NCBI RefSeq assembly: GCF_000315625.1
Contig: NW_005434559.1
Span: 113,238-177,237 of the forward strand
Source: Guillardia theta CCMP2712
Taxonomy: Eukaryota; Protista; Cryptophyta
Length of the DNA: 64,000 bases
Direction: 5' to 3'
In this document: positions 17,201 through 35,665 of the stretch, one piece after another
Layout: each line of letters opens with the position of its first letter
Numbering within the stretch: position 1 is the stretch's first letter
Program-made: the position numbers and the translations under genes
Notes under the pieces: generated by a model
Seen by the model: the letters and a program-made list of their open reading frames with translations, nothing else
Told to the model about the DNA's origin: nothing
Database searches by the model: none

Positions 17201-19026
17201 AGCCGAGAGGGAGGCTGTGAGATCAGAGAAGCGATCATGGAGTGAAGATGCTCCCCTGACTACAGCAGGTAGCCTGTAGCCTCTCCTACGTGGCTGTGTT
17301 CATGCCTGACACTGACACGACTGTGTTGGACATTTCGACATTTGCCCATGTCAGAACGATATCAGGCCATCATCGGAAAGCACTTTACTCCCGTGAACTG
17401 CTCGCTCGCCAGCCGGGACCCTGTCGAGCTCGCCAACTTTGCGGCAGACGTCTTGTATCCTTCGGGGAGGTTGTCCGAGGCTCTCTTCTGCTTGGACGCT
17501 GCTGCCCTCTTGCTCAAGAGTCTTCAGCCCGCCGCCGCTCCGTCCCTGGCAGCCATCAGCAAGAACCTGGACACCATGGTTCAAGTGAGACAGTCCAGCT
17601 GAAGACTAGCAAAGCTCCAGAACGCTGACGGCTTATCCAGGTGCTGCGGCCGGGCGAGCGGAACCGAGTCTATCACAACGTGGGGAAGAAGGGAGCAACC
17701 TTTCCGGACCACATGAGCAGAGAGCATGTAGCTGGGACTGAGGTGGAGGCTGATGTCGCCTGTCCTGTGCTGATCGTACTGGTCAGGATCAAACGATTCA
17801 GGTGTGGGATGGAGCTTTGAGCAGCCATCAGGTTGTGCGTTGCCTCCGTCTTGTTGACAAGATGGATATGATGATGATGAGGAGGATGAGGATGAGGATG
17901 ATGATGAGGAGGAGGAGAAGGATGATGATGATGATGATGATGATGAGGATGAGGATGAGGATGATGATGATGGTGGTGGTGGAGGAGGAGGAGGAGGAGG
18001 AGGTGGTGGTGGTGGTGGTGGTGGTGGTGGAGGAGGAGGAGGAGGAGATGACGACGGCAGTGACGGTAATGATTCAGTGCGAGAAGATCATCGAGATGTT
18101 TGAGAGATCGGATCATTACGAGGTGTGTCACCCTCCCACGTAACGCCATCGCATGCGCTAACGTCACGGCGCTCTAGGGGAACCTGATCAGCGAGGGAAA
18201 GATCATCGTAGACCACAAGGTCAAGAAAGCGAGCGAGTACGAGGTCAGAGTCACTTGCCCTCTGTTGCTACCGCCTGAACTGCCAGTCAAGGTATCAGAA
18301 GGGGCCCGCAAGAGTTCGGAGTGGGCGGAGATAGAGCAGATGCTGCTGTCAGTCTTTGTCAACCACACCATCTTGTATCTCACAACCTCCCCCTGACCTC
18401 ATCTGACATGACGGTCCAGGTACGAAGAGAAGAATCCTATCCTCCGGCAACTCAAGAATCCCTTCGGCGATGAAGGGTTCCGCATGAAGAGGTAGCTGCA
18501 TCCTTCCTCTCCTCCCTCCCGTTTTCCTCCTCCTCCTCCTCCCCGTCCTCCTCCCTCCGTCCTCCTCCCTCCGTCCTCCTCCCCGTCCTCCTCCCCGTCC
18601 TCTCCCCGTCCTCCTCCCCGTCCTCCTCCCCGTCCTCCTCCCCGTCCTCCTCCCCGTCCTCCTCCCCGTCCTCCTCTCTTCATCTCGTCACCTTGCCTTC
18701 TCCTCATCGCAGGTATTTGGATGACGGGACTGAGCACCACGCGTACCATGCGGACTCAGGGCAGGAGGCTCCCTGTGCGCCTCGTCGGGTGGTGGCTTTT
18801 CTGGTCTACTTCAACGGGGTGGAAGGAGGAGAGACGGTCTTCCTGCAGCAGGGGAGGATCGTCAGCCCCAAGTGCGGGCGGGTCCTCATGTTCCCTACCT
18901 CTTTCTCTCACGTCTGTCCTTGGGCTGGATCAATCTCCACGCTGAACGAAGGCTCAGGTACATGCTGGGAGACCGCCAACCAAGGGATGGAAGTACAACG
19001 CCATCAACTTTCTGACCATACAATGA
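14291..19026 (+). CDS. Multi-exon alpha-1,6-fucosyltransferase-like (GT23, FUT8/NodZ) protein fused to TPR-like repeats and a C-terminal 2OG-Fe(II) oxygenase
   Basis: Hydrophobic leader, then NHPDDCS, GDGFASIVH..AFYENRTVVL, NFVFRP, VGVHVRRGD, HLYIATDSP, DIFFLSECDGLVGTGSSHF (GT23 motifs); two helical repeats; YHADS..VVAFLVYFNGVEGGETVF..PKCGRVLMFPTSFSHV|HAGRPPTKGWKY..TGA at 19024-26. Start uncertain (14291 or 14474). Confidence 0.8.
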
Positions 19027-19341
19027 ACCTGTGTGCTGATATGAAAACTGTAGAGTATGCATGCCTTGTATAGCTTTTGTCTTATCTTATCTTATCTTGT
19101 CTTGTCTTGTCTTGTCTTGTCTTGTCTTGTTTCTTTGTCAATTTATTGCAAATAAGAATGAATTATAGAACAAGTGTAAGTTCAGTGACAGCATCGTTCA
19201 CATTGACTTCAGTAATGCAATAGAAGTAGCAAGGGGAAACATGGCAGAACTGAAAGCAGGAGGATGCAAGTGAATGCCCGAGACTTGGAGATTTTGTACA
19301 GTTGGTGTCGTGTAATCGTTTTCCACACAAGGAGAGCAACT

Positions 19342-22162
19342 CTAGGAGATGTAGTCAGGGACAATTAGCTTGATATTAGGGATTTTGACGTCAAACGGAG
19401 GGCCCTGGAAACACAGTTCAGCATCGAGGCAACAAGACAAATGACAGGATGGCATTGCTTTGAAACAGGAGAGCAGAAGAGACAGCAGAAGCGTGGCAGC
19501 ACCAGCAGCACCAGCAGCACCAGCAACAACAGGAATGAAGAGATGACAAGATGATCAGGTAAGCAAGAAGTCGATCGACAAGTCTGATAAGGTAAGCAAG
19601 AAGTCGATCGACAGGTCGATGGCTGTTCAGACCTTGGGCGCCTTGATAGTTCCGGGGACGAATCTGGAGGGAAAAGTCACTGGGAAGATAGTGAACCTCT
19701 GATTCACCTGAAGGACCCTGACACTTCTCCGAGGTCGCTGTCAACGCCTGTACAGCTGGATAGCATCCAAGTTAGGAGGAGCAGGAGCATGAGGTGAAGA
19801 GCAGGAGCAGGAGCAGAAGCAGAAGCAGAAGCAGAAGAAGGAGCAAAAAGTGCAGCAGCAGGAGGAGCAGGAGGAGCTAAGCACGAGCACGAGCACGAGC
19901 AGGGGAATCAGGAGAAGCAGAAAACCTGGCGTACTCGTACTCTCCTTCTTGCTCTGGTTGGCCAGTAGATCGCTGGTGCCGTCCAAACTGTAGGAAAAGG
20001 TCAGATCAATCAACTCAAGCTGCCGGAAAGGAGGGCAGTTGAGCGATGCTGCATGTCCACGAGGATCGGAGCAGGAAGGGCACAGGAATACTGAGAGGAA
20101 GAGGAGGAGAAACCTTGAGGATAGGAAAGTCGCCGATCACGCCCTCGCCATCCACTATGTTGGGAGATTCGCTGATGCTATCACTGAACACAAGATGCCT
20201 GAAGTGAGGAAGAAGGAGTCAGGTCAAGGCAGTTCAGGACAGTCTGCAGTTTGACCTCGTTACGAGTTGGCATGTTCCTCCCCACTCAGCCGGAAGAGCA
20301 GCAACGGCCGACATCCTGAAGCAGTAGGTGAACCAGTAGTTGATTCTAGTCTTCTCGGGCACAAAGATCTGTCCACGTGCCCATCAGAAAGGTCGTACAG
20401 TACAGTCTATTATCCGTACCGAAGAACCCCGGATCCTGATGCTCTGCGTCGTTGCTTCTCCACCAGTAGGAGGGCAACGGGGATAGAGGCTGAGGCCCAG
20501 CAATGGAGCTGCGGGGACGATTGGCTTGAACTCAAAGTTCTGAGCAGCCACACGAGCAGCAAAGTCTTCGAACCACTTCAGCACGCCTGAGGATGAGGAG
20601 AAAAACACAATCAGCACACGGAACAACTCTGGGCTCAGCTGAACCATCAGAAACATCCGTGTTCTTGCAGGCTCTCATCAATCTTGAATCATGTCCACGG
20701 AGCCAAATCTTTGCTGTCTTGTTGTTCACAACCTTTGCGAAGATATGCGTCACGGTCCCGAGAGTAGATGGAACAAATGAGAAAGAACGCACCAGCATCT
20801 TGGGGATCCGACTTTGTCCTGAGGTATCCGGCATTCTCAGAGAACCTGGAGAGTCGTATTTACAAGATGGGACTTATTTGAAGACAAGCCAACAAGCTAT
20901 CACGAAAGGTCTATCGGGAACAGTCTCCTCCCACCTACACCACTGGTCAAGGGTGATAATTGAAACACTTTTCAACTCACGAGAAGGACGCTGCTTGCTG
21001 TTCTGCAAGATTCAACCCCACTTCAAGCTGTAGAGAAGTGAGGAGATAGCACAGAGATGTTTCTCCAACAAGAACCTACCGACAACATGCGCAAGTTGAT
21101 AACATGGTCATAAAAATTGTAGCCTCCAAACAAGCCAAAAAAGGTGGAATCGCTGCAACAAGAATCAGCACTCTCAGTGTATCACCCAACACCCAAAGGT
21201 CGTTTTCACTCACTCTCTTGCTATGTCTATGGCTGCTCTTCTCGGATCTTGCCCGTTGTGGATCCGGTATCTGCAGCACAAACGTAAGGTCGACCCCCAC
21301 CTATCCATCGAAGAGAACATCGCTTTCAGTGCTGAAGGAAGTGTGCCTCCACCCTCAAATTTCTCCATCTCTTCCTGCGCACAAAACTCATCGGCACTGG
21401 TGCATCACCTCGAAAGCAGGAAGAAAATCACCCGTTTCACCCCGGGCATCAGCGTTGCATGCATCGGAGGGGCGTTCTTTTTCAGCCAATCTGTCGAAGC
21501 AAAGCATGCTCTTTCAAGAGAACAGCTGGCAAGATCCAGGAGAATCACCAGAGATTGCAACCCAACTATGGGCCGCGCGCCTCAAATAGGAAAGGTCTTC
21601 CTTGCTCCTGCCAGCAAGATCACAAACATGTCGGCGGCTCCCACTATCAATCAGCAGACCCAAAGAAGTCAGAATACTCCTTGCTCCAAGCTAGCCATGC
21701 CTCTCTGGAACATCAATCAGCGCTCTGATGATGAAAGAAGGGAGGAACCGAGGCACCTGTGTGTAGCAGCATTCCCCATACTCTCCAAAGGCAGCCGCTT
21801 GTCGGTGAAAGCGTAATCGCACAAACACGCGTTCATCCATTGATTCTCCGATTCATCACTCTGTCGATAAAGGCAAGATCATCACCAACACATGAACATT
21901 TCAAGTGATATCATGTAGACGCGGTCTGTCATGCGCCTACATATCGCCATGGCGGTGAAATCAAAGTTGTAGCTGAGTGGCGCAGCGGGGTAGGTTTCGA
22001 GAACATCTTGACCAGAGGTGCAAGAATGAAGAGCAGGGCACATGCGCACAAGCAGCTCACCATGATCCAGGAGCGCATGGACCTGCATGTCTGCATGCAC
22101 TTCATCAACGTGTTCCCGTCGACATGCGCCAGGCTCATCTCCATCGCCTGCATCGCCTGCAT
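19342..22162 (-). CDS. F-box / SMI1-KNR4-like / ApaG protein (SKIP16/FBXO3-like), multi-exon
   Basis: F-box-like start (SLAHVDGNTLMKCMQTCRSMR), GVLKWFEDFAARV..LSLYP, TQSIRIRGSSV, ApaG motif RHLVFSD..VDGEGVIGDFPIL, FVPGTIKAPK|GPPFDVKIPNIKLIVPDYIS* with stop at 19342-44. Confidence 0.85.
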
Positions 22163-22239
22163 GGTTTGTGGCTGGCAGCGGTCTGCCGGGGGAAGAGGGG
22201 ATCACAAGCTAAGAATTGTGGCTGAACACAACCCGGTGG

Positions 22240-23700
22240 TGCCGCCGCGGTAGCACCACCGGGCACCGGGCCCGGGCCCGGGCCCGGCAACCACCTGAGG
22301 CGAGCTTGTCGAAAGTGTCCTGGTTTACACCGCCAGATCCTTTTGGAGGGTCAGGGTGGGTTCTCTCGCCCCGGGGGTAGGGGATGAGGGTACTTCTCAC
22401 CCCCTATGTGCACTCTGTTGCTGTGGCATATGATGGGGTAGGTAGGTCATACCACCCTTAGCACTACGTGAAATCCTTTGGTTTCGGTGCTCCCTGCAGG
22501 TCAGGCGATCCCTGCACGGCTTCCGTTTTAAAATTGAGGTGTTTTAGAGCTTCAGTAAAAACATTAGTAAGATTCATTAACAATAGAGAATAAGTTCACT
22601 CTACTATGAATCAGCACCGTCACTGTTGGTACCCAAGCTCAATACAAACTTATAATAATATTGTGGTGTAGTAAACATCCAGGCCGGCCGTGCTGGTTGA
22701 GGTCCCTACGGGGACAAACGCCGGGGGGCCTCAGTGAGTATGCGGACGACCACAAGATTTATAACATTGTTGGTGTTACAAACTCAGATACAAATCATAA
22801 AAATCGTCATTGGTCACTTTTGTATGGGAAATCAACACCAAACTTGTACCGCAATCTCGAGATGTATGAAGTTGGCCTACGTACAAATTCCTACCCGCCA
22901 AACAGCAGGGGATCTGTCAGGTTTTGGAGGAACTGGAGGGTCGATCATGGCCACTTGGGGGGTGGGGGTGGTGTAAAGAGTGTGGCAGGGTAGGGGTTAG
23001 GGTTGTTGTTCTGAAAACAAGGTGGGTGGGTGGACACAAGGAAAGGACAGGGGTGATGCATTAGTTAGGCAAAATGGATATTAAGGTGGGTGGTACCAGG
23101 GACTGATGCTGGTGTATGGGGGGTCGATAGGGTAGGGTACACCATGAGGATTGCTGACAATGTTCGTATTTATGGTGCAAACGTAGGGTGGTGAAGGGAC
23201 CTGGTAGGTCGCAGATTGAATTAGAAGGGGTGGGGTATAAAATTGACGGGTGCGGGAAGCAGTGTGGGGGTAGGGCTGTTACAAAGTCCTTCTATACCCA
23301 CCACATATCTTCTGGATACCCTGTCTGTATGCTCTATCTTGTGACATGTGGGGTACAGAGGGGGGTGATGAAACAAGCTAGGGGGTAGGGGGTGATCGGT
23401 CAAGGCCAGGAGTTGCAATTTTGTAGCTTGCAGGGGTGGACCTGGTCGGACCCGAGCTGTAGAAGATAGACGGTGGTGCGTAGAGGGAGTTGGTACCGTG
23501 GGGTACTCACCTTTGGCAGAATCCAGGGGTCATTGATAGTTGCAGATGAGGGGTAGGTACATATTGAGAATGTGCAAGGGTAGGGTAGACTTTTTGTGCT
23601 GAGGAGGGTAGGGTAGTATCAATTGGGACATGGTGGGGTGCCTGGTGTTTGGATGTGAGAGTAGAGAAGGGGTAGAGGTATAAGAAAGATGCAATGGCAA
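22240..23700. promoter_or_regulatory. Divergent intergenic island
   Basis: GC-rich CCCGGG repeats at 22240-22290, AT block, long GGGGT-rich tract; between the F-box gene (-) and the aminotransferase (+). Confidence 0.45.
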
Positions 23701-24408
23701 GGAAAATGTTCATGAGAGGCGATGAGGCGATGGAGAGAAGAAGGAGGGAGAGAAGCTGCGGATCGATGATTGTGATGTTACAATTGTTCCATAAGGAAGC
23801 ATGTTATCGCTAGGTAGTGTGACATATCAGACTTGAGGTAGGAGATCCTTGGGAAGAGGCAAATCGTTGGAGGTGCAAGAGGGGATTCATAAGATCGTGT
23901 GAACAAAATTTCTGTGTGAAGACTCGTGACTATCTGCTAAATCCATAGAGTGTTTGTTTGTGAGAAAAGGTAGACAAACTCTGTTGTTGTGCCCTGGTAT
24001 GATAGGAATGTTTGCTGACTGTTGTCGGTGTCGACGAGCTGTAAAAATACACCCTGACGCTAGTGTGATGTCCGATTTCATGCAAGACAGGGGAATTTGT
24101 CGTTCATTTCGACTTCGAAATCTTCGTGCTAGATGTCTCAACTGATCTGCTCCTCGTCCCATGCTCTAAAGTCTTCTGCTTTTTGTTTCCGAAGCTGTAA
24201 AATTCCGATGGCCTCCCTTAAATCTCGATGTTACCCTCACCTTCCCTTTGCTTGCAGACGGAGTGTGTTGTGGCAGTGTATGATGTTTGACTTGTCACAT
24301 CACATGGCATTCACAGTTGTTTTGATCTTTGAAAGCGAGTTCTGAGAGATTGTCCAAGGATCCAAAGGATAGCATGTGACTCACGAAACCCTGCAGTTGC
24401 AGGAAACC

Positions 24409-26709
24409 ATGAAGCTGCTCTGCTTGTGTGCCACTGTATGCTTGTTCAATCAAGCGGTTGCTTTCCAATCCATCAACGGGGTGAAGCTGCAGTCAGCCAC
24501 TCCACCATACAACAAGGTGAGGACAGTGCAGGCAAGCTTGTTGCAAGCAAACCGCTAATTCCTTTCGTACAATAGCCTTCCCCTACTTGTAGGACTCGTC
24601 CCTCAAGGCTAGGATGGAAGATGGTGTACACCCCTGAACGAGAAGCTGTCAAGCAAGGTACAAGGACCGTATGCCTCTTCTGTACTCCTCATTGCCTCAT
24701 CTATTGTATCCACGCAAGTTCCTTGTTGCTTACTTGCATTTTGCAGCCAAGCTCACGAAGAGCATTAAAACTCCTGATCCCATCCCGTAAACTTCATTAC
24801 TAAGCGTCGGATCTGCGTTGCTGATCGTCCTATGACAGTGAGGAAGGAATTCGCCTCGCAACGGAGTTGATGAAGGTACAACAATCCTGACAGGGTTAGA
24901 ATAATACTGAGATTTGAAATCAGACTGGGCGCCTTTACCGTTACAACTCTGATTCGGCTGACACATGCATGGTAAGAACAAATTTACAGCATTTGCTCAC
25001 TCTACTCCCTCTCTCTTCCACATCGTCATCATGCAATAGGTGTCTCGATGTGAGAAAGCGCTGGCGGAATACACTGGGCACAAGTAAGCATGCGAAAGTC
25101 TGCATCAATCGTTTGAGTAACACATGTACTGGCAGGTATTGTGTCGCACTCAACTCGTGTGGAAGCGCCATCTTCATGTCCTTGAAGTGCGTGGGAGCGC
25201 AGGTGATATTCGTGAGCATGAAAAGATAGATTCTAGATTTTCCTTCTATCATCTCTGATATGGAAGCTTCTGACGACAAGGCAGCCTGGCGACAAAGTCC
25301 TCAGCAATGCATTTACCTTCACTGCTGTTCCATCTGCTATTGTGCATGCTGGATGCGAACCTGTATATGTCGAGGTTCGCACAGATTGTTGATCTTGTGT
25401 GCGAGAAAAGAATCTGACGGTGAACTCAGTGCACTGAGAATTATTTGATGGACCCTGAACATCTGGTGAGTTGTGAATTCTCTCTTAGTCTTGGAGTAAA
25501 CGTGCTTGTGGCGGATTTCTGACATGGGTGCCATTTAGGCCAAGATGGCGGATGAGACTGGTGCCAAGTATTGCATGATTTCGCACATGCGTGGGAAAGT
25601 AGCGGACATGGACAAGATTGAGCAAGTCTGCAAAGATCGTGGCATTGTGCTTCTAGGTGAGGTTCTTTCCTCGACAAAGACGCCCCGTGAACGTCTGTAC
25701 GCAGAGGACTGTGCTCACAGTTTGGGGGTGTATTGGAGGGGAGAGCACACCGGGCACAAGGGCGTGATGTCATGTTTCTCGAGCCAGTCTTACAAGATGC
25801 TCAACTCTGGTCAGTTTGAACTTGCATGACAGCCGGTAGGTGACTTTGAGGCAGGGGAAGGAGGTTTCCTCCTTACGGACGACGACGAGCTTGCGGCAAA
25901 GGTGAGGGCGCTCGAGGGAGGATGCGGAAGTGCTGATCTCGACCTCAGATGATCCTCTATGCTGGAGCTTACGAGAAGTTGTATCACAAGCATTCGCTGA
26001 GACCCGCGGACGAGGTCAAGTACGCTTGCTTCACCATTTCCCACTGATTCTCTTCCCAGATCTTTGAGGAGATCAAACACGAGATCCCTAACTACTCCAT
26101 GAGGATGCACGGAGTGACCGCTGCGATGATCTACCCTCAGGTATTTCTGTGTGTGGAGGAGGAGGAGAAAGTTTGTAACGCCGGACCAGATCTCAACTCT
26201 TGACGAGAGGATTGAGAAGTACAACCGTCGCTACCTCGACATCGTAGAGCCCAGGCTGAACGCCGTTCGGAACATCAAAGTCCCGAAGCAGCTCAAGGAG
26301 GTGACAGCAGTCACAAGTTCCATGTTTCCTAATCTCACCCCCCTCACTCCAGGTGTCTCCTGTCTACGACTCTGTGCAGTTCAACGTGCACGGAATGTCG
26401 GAGGAGCAGCTCCAGAAGTTCATACAGGCAGCAGGAGCCAACGGGGTTCCTATCGAAGTCTTCGGGGCCAAGAGCAACGCGCGCTACTTCCGCAACTGGA
26501 GGTAGGGAGCTCAAACCCCCTCAGCTCGTGGCTGATTCTTCACCACCAGGTACACTGCGGATTCCATCCCTCAGTTCGATCACCTCCCTAAGACGGAGGA
26601 AGTGATCAAGTGGGCGTGCGATGTACGCCTTCCCCTCATGTTCCAGGATGAAGACTTTCATACTATCTGTGACGTGATCGAGGACGCCATGGACAAGGCC
26701 ATGGCCTGA
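24409..26709 (+). CDS. DegT/DnrJ/EryC1/StrS-family PLP-dependent aminotransferase with bipartite plastid-targeting leader, many short exons
   Basis: MKLLCLCATVCLFNQAVA-F leader; spliced TGRLYRYN, YCVALNSCGSAI, PGDKVLSNAFTFTAVP, SHMRG, EDCAHSLG, FSSQSYKMLNSGEGG (PLP lysine), NYSMRM; TGA at 26707-09. Confidence 0.9.
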
Positions 26710-27087
26710 GAAAAAGATTCGCCCAACCTCGCCGGGGCGGCTGGAAAGAGCAGCGTTGAATGTATATTCGTACACAATGTGGATGTGAATATGTGTGACT
26801 GGGGAGGAGGAAGGGAAGGGGGGATCAGGACCCTCCCTCCGAGCTGAGGTGGTGACGGCAGTGAGACCTTGAAAGCATCGTGAGATAAACCAAATCGATA
26901 TCCAATGTGTCCTGCTTCTTGTCTATTGGTTATCACTCGATTTATTGCAACACAAACTGCTCTGCATTCTCTCTTCATCCGTGTCTTTTCTCTCGATTGG
27001 TAGCACGCTTCTTCAACAACGACAATGCCACCATGCTCTTTCCTCTCTCCTCATCTATCTTCTCCCTCCTCATCTCTGCTCTCCCTC

Positions 27088-27550
27088 TGCTCATTCTCTC
27101 ATTCTCTCTCGCTCTCATTCTCTCATTCTCTCATTCTCTCATTCTCTCTCGCTCTCATTCTCTCTCGCTCTCATTCTCTCTCGCTCTCATTCTCTCTCGC
27201 TCTCATTTTCTCTCGCTCTCATTCTCTCTCGCTCTCATTCTCTCATTCTCTCATTCTCTCATTTTCTCTCGCTCTCATTCTCTCTCGCTCTCATTCTCTC
27301 TCGCTCTCATTCTCTCATTCTCTCATTCTCTCATTCTCTCTCGCTCTCATTCTCTCATTCTCTCATTCTCTCTCGCTCTCATTCTCTCTCGCTCTCATTC
27401 TCTCATTCTCTCATTCTCTCATTCTCTCTCGCTCTCATTCTCTCACTCTCTCTCGCTCTCATTCTCTCACTCTCTCTCGCTCTCATTCTCTCATTCTCTC
27501 ACGCTCTCATTCTCTCATTCTCTCTCGCTCTCATTCTCTCATTCTCTCTC
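27088..27550. repeat. Compound CTCTCATT / CTCTCG pyrimidine-rich minisatellite
   Basis: Direct read. Confidence 0.95.
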
Positions 27551-27979
27551 GGGAGCTCTCCTTCAGACTTTGCGGTGAGGCGGGCTGGAATATTGCTATG
27601 ATCCCTGTACGAACTCTGGTCATATACAGGTCATAGGAGATGATCATATATGCCTAGTATGACTTTAACTAAGACACAGAGGTCATAAGACAGTTGCCTA
27701 TGACATATCATATCCTCAGGTCATATCATGGTGCTACAATCCTAAGAAACTGTTTGGGTCTTATTGTGGTTATACACATACTAGGACCCCCTAAGACAAA
27801 ACTGAGGGTTGACATGGCGCCACTCGGAATCGGAGGAGCAACAATGCGAAGCGTTGCGATTGAACGACTAATGGATATGGTAACCGAGCAACCGTCATGG
27901 AAACGACTTGTAACCGTCATATCCCAACTTCCGACCGGAACCCGGCGTTGAACCCCGGGCGCGGCCGTCACTGGTGACC

Positions 27980-28040
27980 GTCGGGCGGGCCCCGCAAGTT
28001 CGGGCCCCACCGTCGGGCGGGCCCCGCAAGTTCGGGCCCC
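27980..28040. repeat. Tandem duplication of cgtcgggcgggccccgcaagttcgggcccc in a GC-rich island
   Basis: Two 30-nt copies read directly. Confidence 0.85.
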
Positions 28041-28252
28041 GGCAAGAGGCCGGGGCCGGGCCCGGCCGCAACAGCGTCCTGCGCCGCCGGGCCGGCTACC
28101 GCACTTCGCGGCAGTCATGGCGCGGCCGGATCCGATCACGGCGCCGGGACCTTACGTGATACAAAAGTTTCGACGCCGCTAAGCCTCGGCCCGGAGTCAC
28201 GAACTGAGAGCCTCAGCAGAGTCACAGGCTGTAGGTCAGAGATGTTCAAGTA

Positions 28253-33931
<5,679 letters not shown>

Positions 33932-34590
33932 CACATCGTGACAGTCATGCTGAACTCTGATCCATCCCCCGACATGGTCTGCCCGCCCAGGATTGGAGAA
34001 GGGACAGGATGTGTGGAGGAGGGGGGAGGAGGAGAGTAGGAGGAGGAGGAGGAGGAGGAGGAGGAGGAGGAGGAGGAGGAGGAGGAGGAGGAGGAGGAGC
34101 GGGGAGGGGGAGTCCTGATGTAGGAGAGAGCGAGCTAGATAGCGAGAGTGTCAGGAATGAAGGGGACGTGGGGAGGATCGTGACATCAGCCCGAAACGCG
34201 CGAATAGAAAAAAAGTAGGACAGGGGCAGAGAATCGGATGCGTCCGTCGGGGAGCGGCAGGAGACTGGAGGCAGACGAGAGGAGAGGAGATGGAGGAGAT
34301 GAGTGGAGTGAAGGTAGGGAAGAAGGTGGAAGAGTGAGTCGAGGCAGGGAGGAAGGGAGGGGAGGGGAGGGAAGGGAGTAGGGAAGGGAGTAGGGTAGGA
34401 GGAAAGGAGGGAGGGAAGAAGGGAAGGATTGAGCGGAGGGGGGCGAGGAGGAGGAAAAGCAACAAGAAGGAGGAAGGAGGGATCCTACCGTATTTCTGAG
34501 CGTCGCAGCATGGTAAAAACATCCGTATCATCTTGTCGTTCTTTATCGCCTCTGCAGGAGGTGTAGGGAACATCGAACGAGAGCAAGACG

Positions 34591-35616
34591 ATGGGAGCAT
34601 GTGGACTAAGAAAGCTACCTCTCCGCATCCTCTGCATCCTCTTCCTCCTCGCTGATCTCTCGGGTGAGCTCTACCTGTCCGTGCACCTCCTTGACGAGAA
34701 GCCCCGACCTTCGCTCGTCAGGTGTTGTGGACGCGTACCCCTGTGGTACTCTCAACCTGGAGCACCCGTCCGCAAAGCACTGCTTCCCTCCGGGAGTGCA
34801 GAGGCACCATGTTTGCTGCGTCGACATCAGGCTGTCCAACAACAGCACAGGCAACAACTCCTCCTGCAAGGCCTGCGGCTGACGGTAGGGCTTGCAGCCT
34901 CCCTCCACCTCAACCTGCTGGAGAAGCGGATCAAGGAGGCGTCCAGCCCTCAGAGCTACTCCTGGTGAGCTGCGATGGGTCAGTGAGGTCGGCGACGCCT
35001 GACGTGTGTGGGAAAGGTGCACCTGCTCTGTTGACATCTGCGAGGGACAACTGGGTGGGAAGGTGCTGTGGATGCTGCAGGTGTTGCCGCCTGCTCGCAT
35101 GCGGACCTGAACTTGAAGGATGACAGCCTGATGGTGCAATGCACATGAACAATGGAGAACTGTTCAAGATGGATGAAGACAAGCTGCCAGGTAGTCGGAA
35201 GAGGAGTGGGGACGATAGCAGAGCAGAAATTTGATATGTTGGATTCAGGGAAAGAGAGCAACGTGTTGTTCCCTGGATTTCTGATGAGCAACCGGAGTGT
35301 GGATGAATTGATCAGGGCCAAGCATGGAGAGATAAAGCAGTTGAAGTTTCAGATCAAGAAGATGAAAGAGCCCAAGAAGATAGAGAAGAAGAAGAGAAAG
35401 GACAATGCCAAGATGAAGGACATGTCTGAATCCGATATAGACGAGCAGCAAGAGATTGAGGTGATGTCTCCAGTGTTCTTTCCCTTTCTACTCCACCATC
35501 AAGAGAGTCAATAACATCATCATAATCATCATCATCATCTTCTTCTTCTTCTTCTTCTTCTTCTCCGTCATCTGCATCATCATCATCATCATCTTCTTCT
35601 CCTTCTTCTTCTTCTT

Positions 35617-35665
<49 letters not shown>

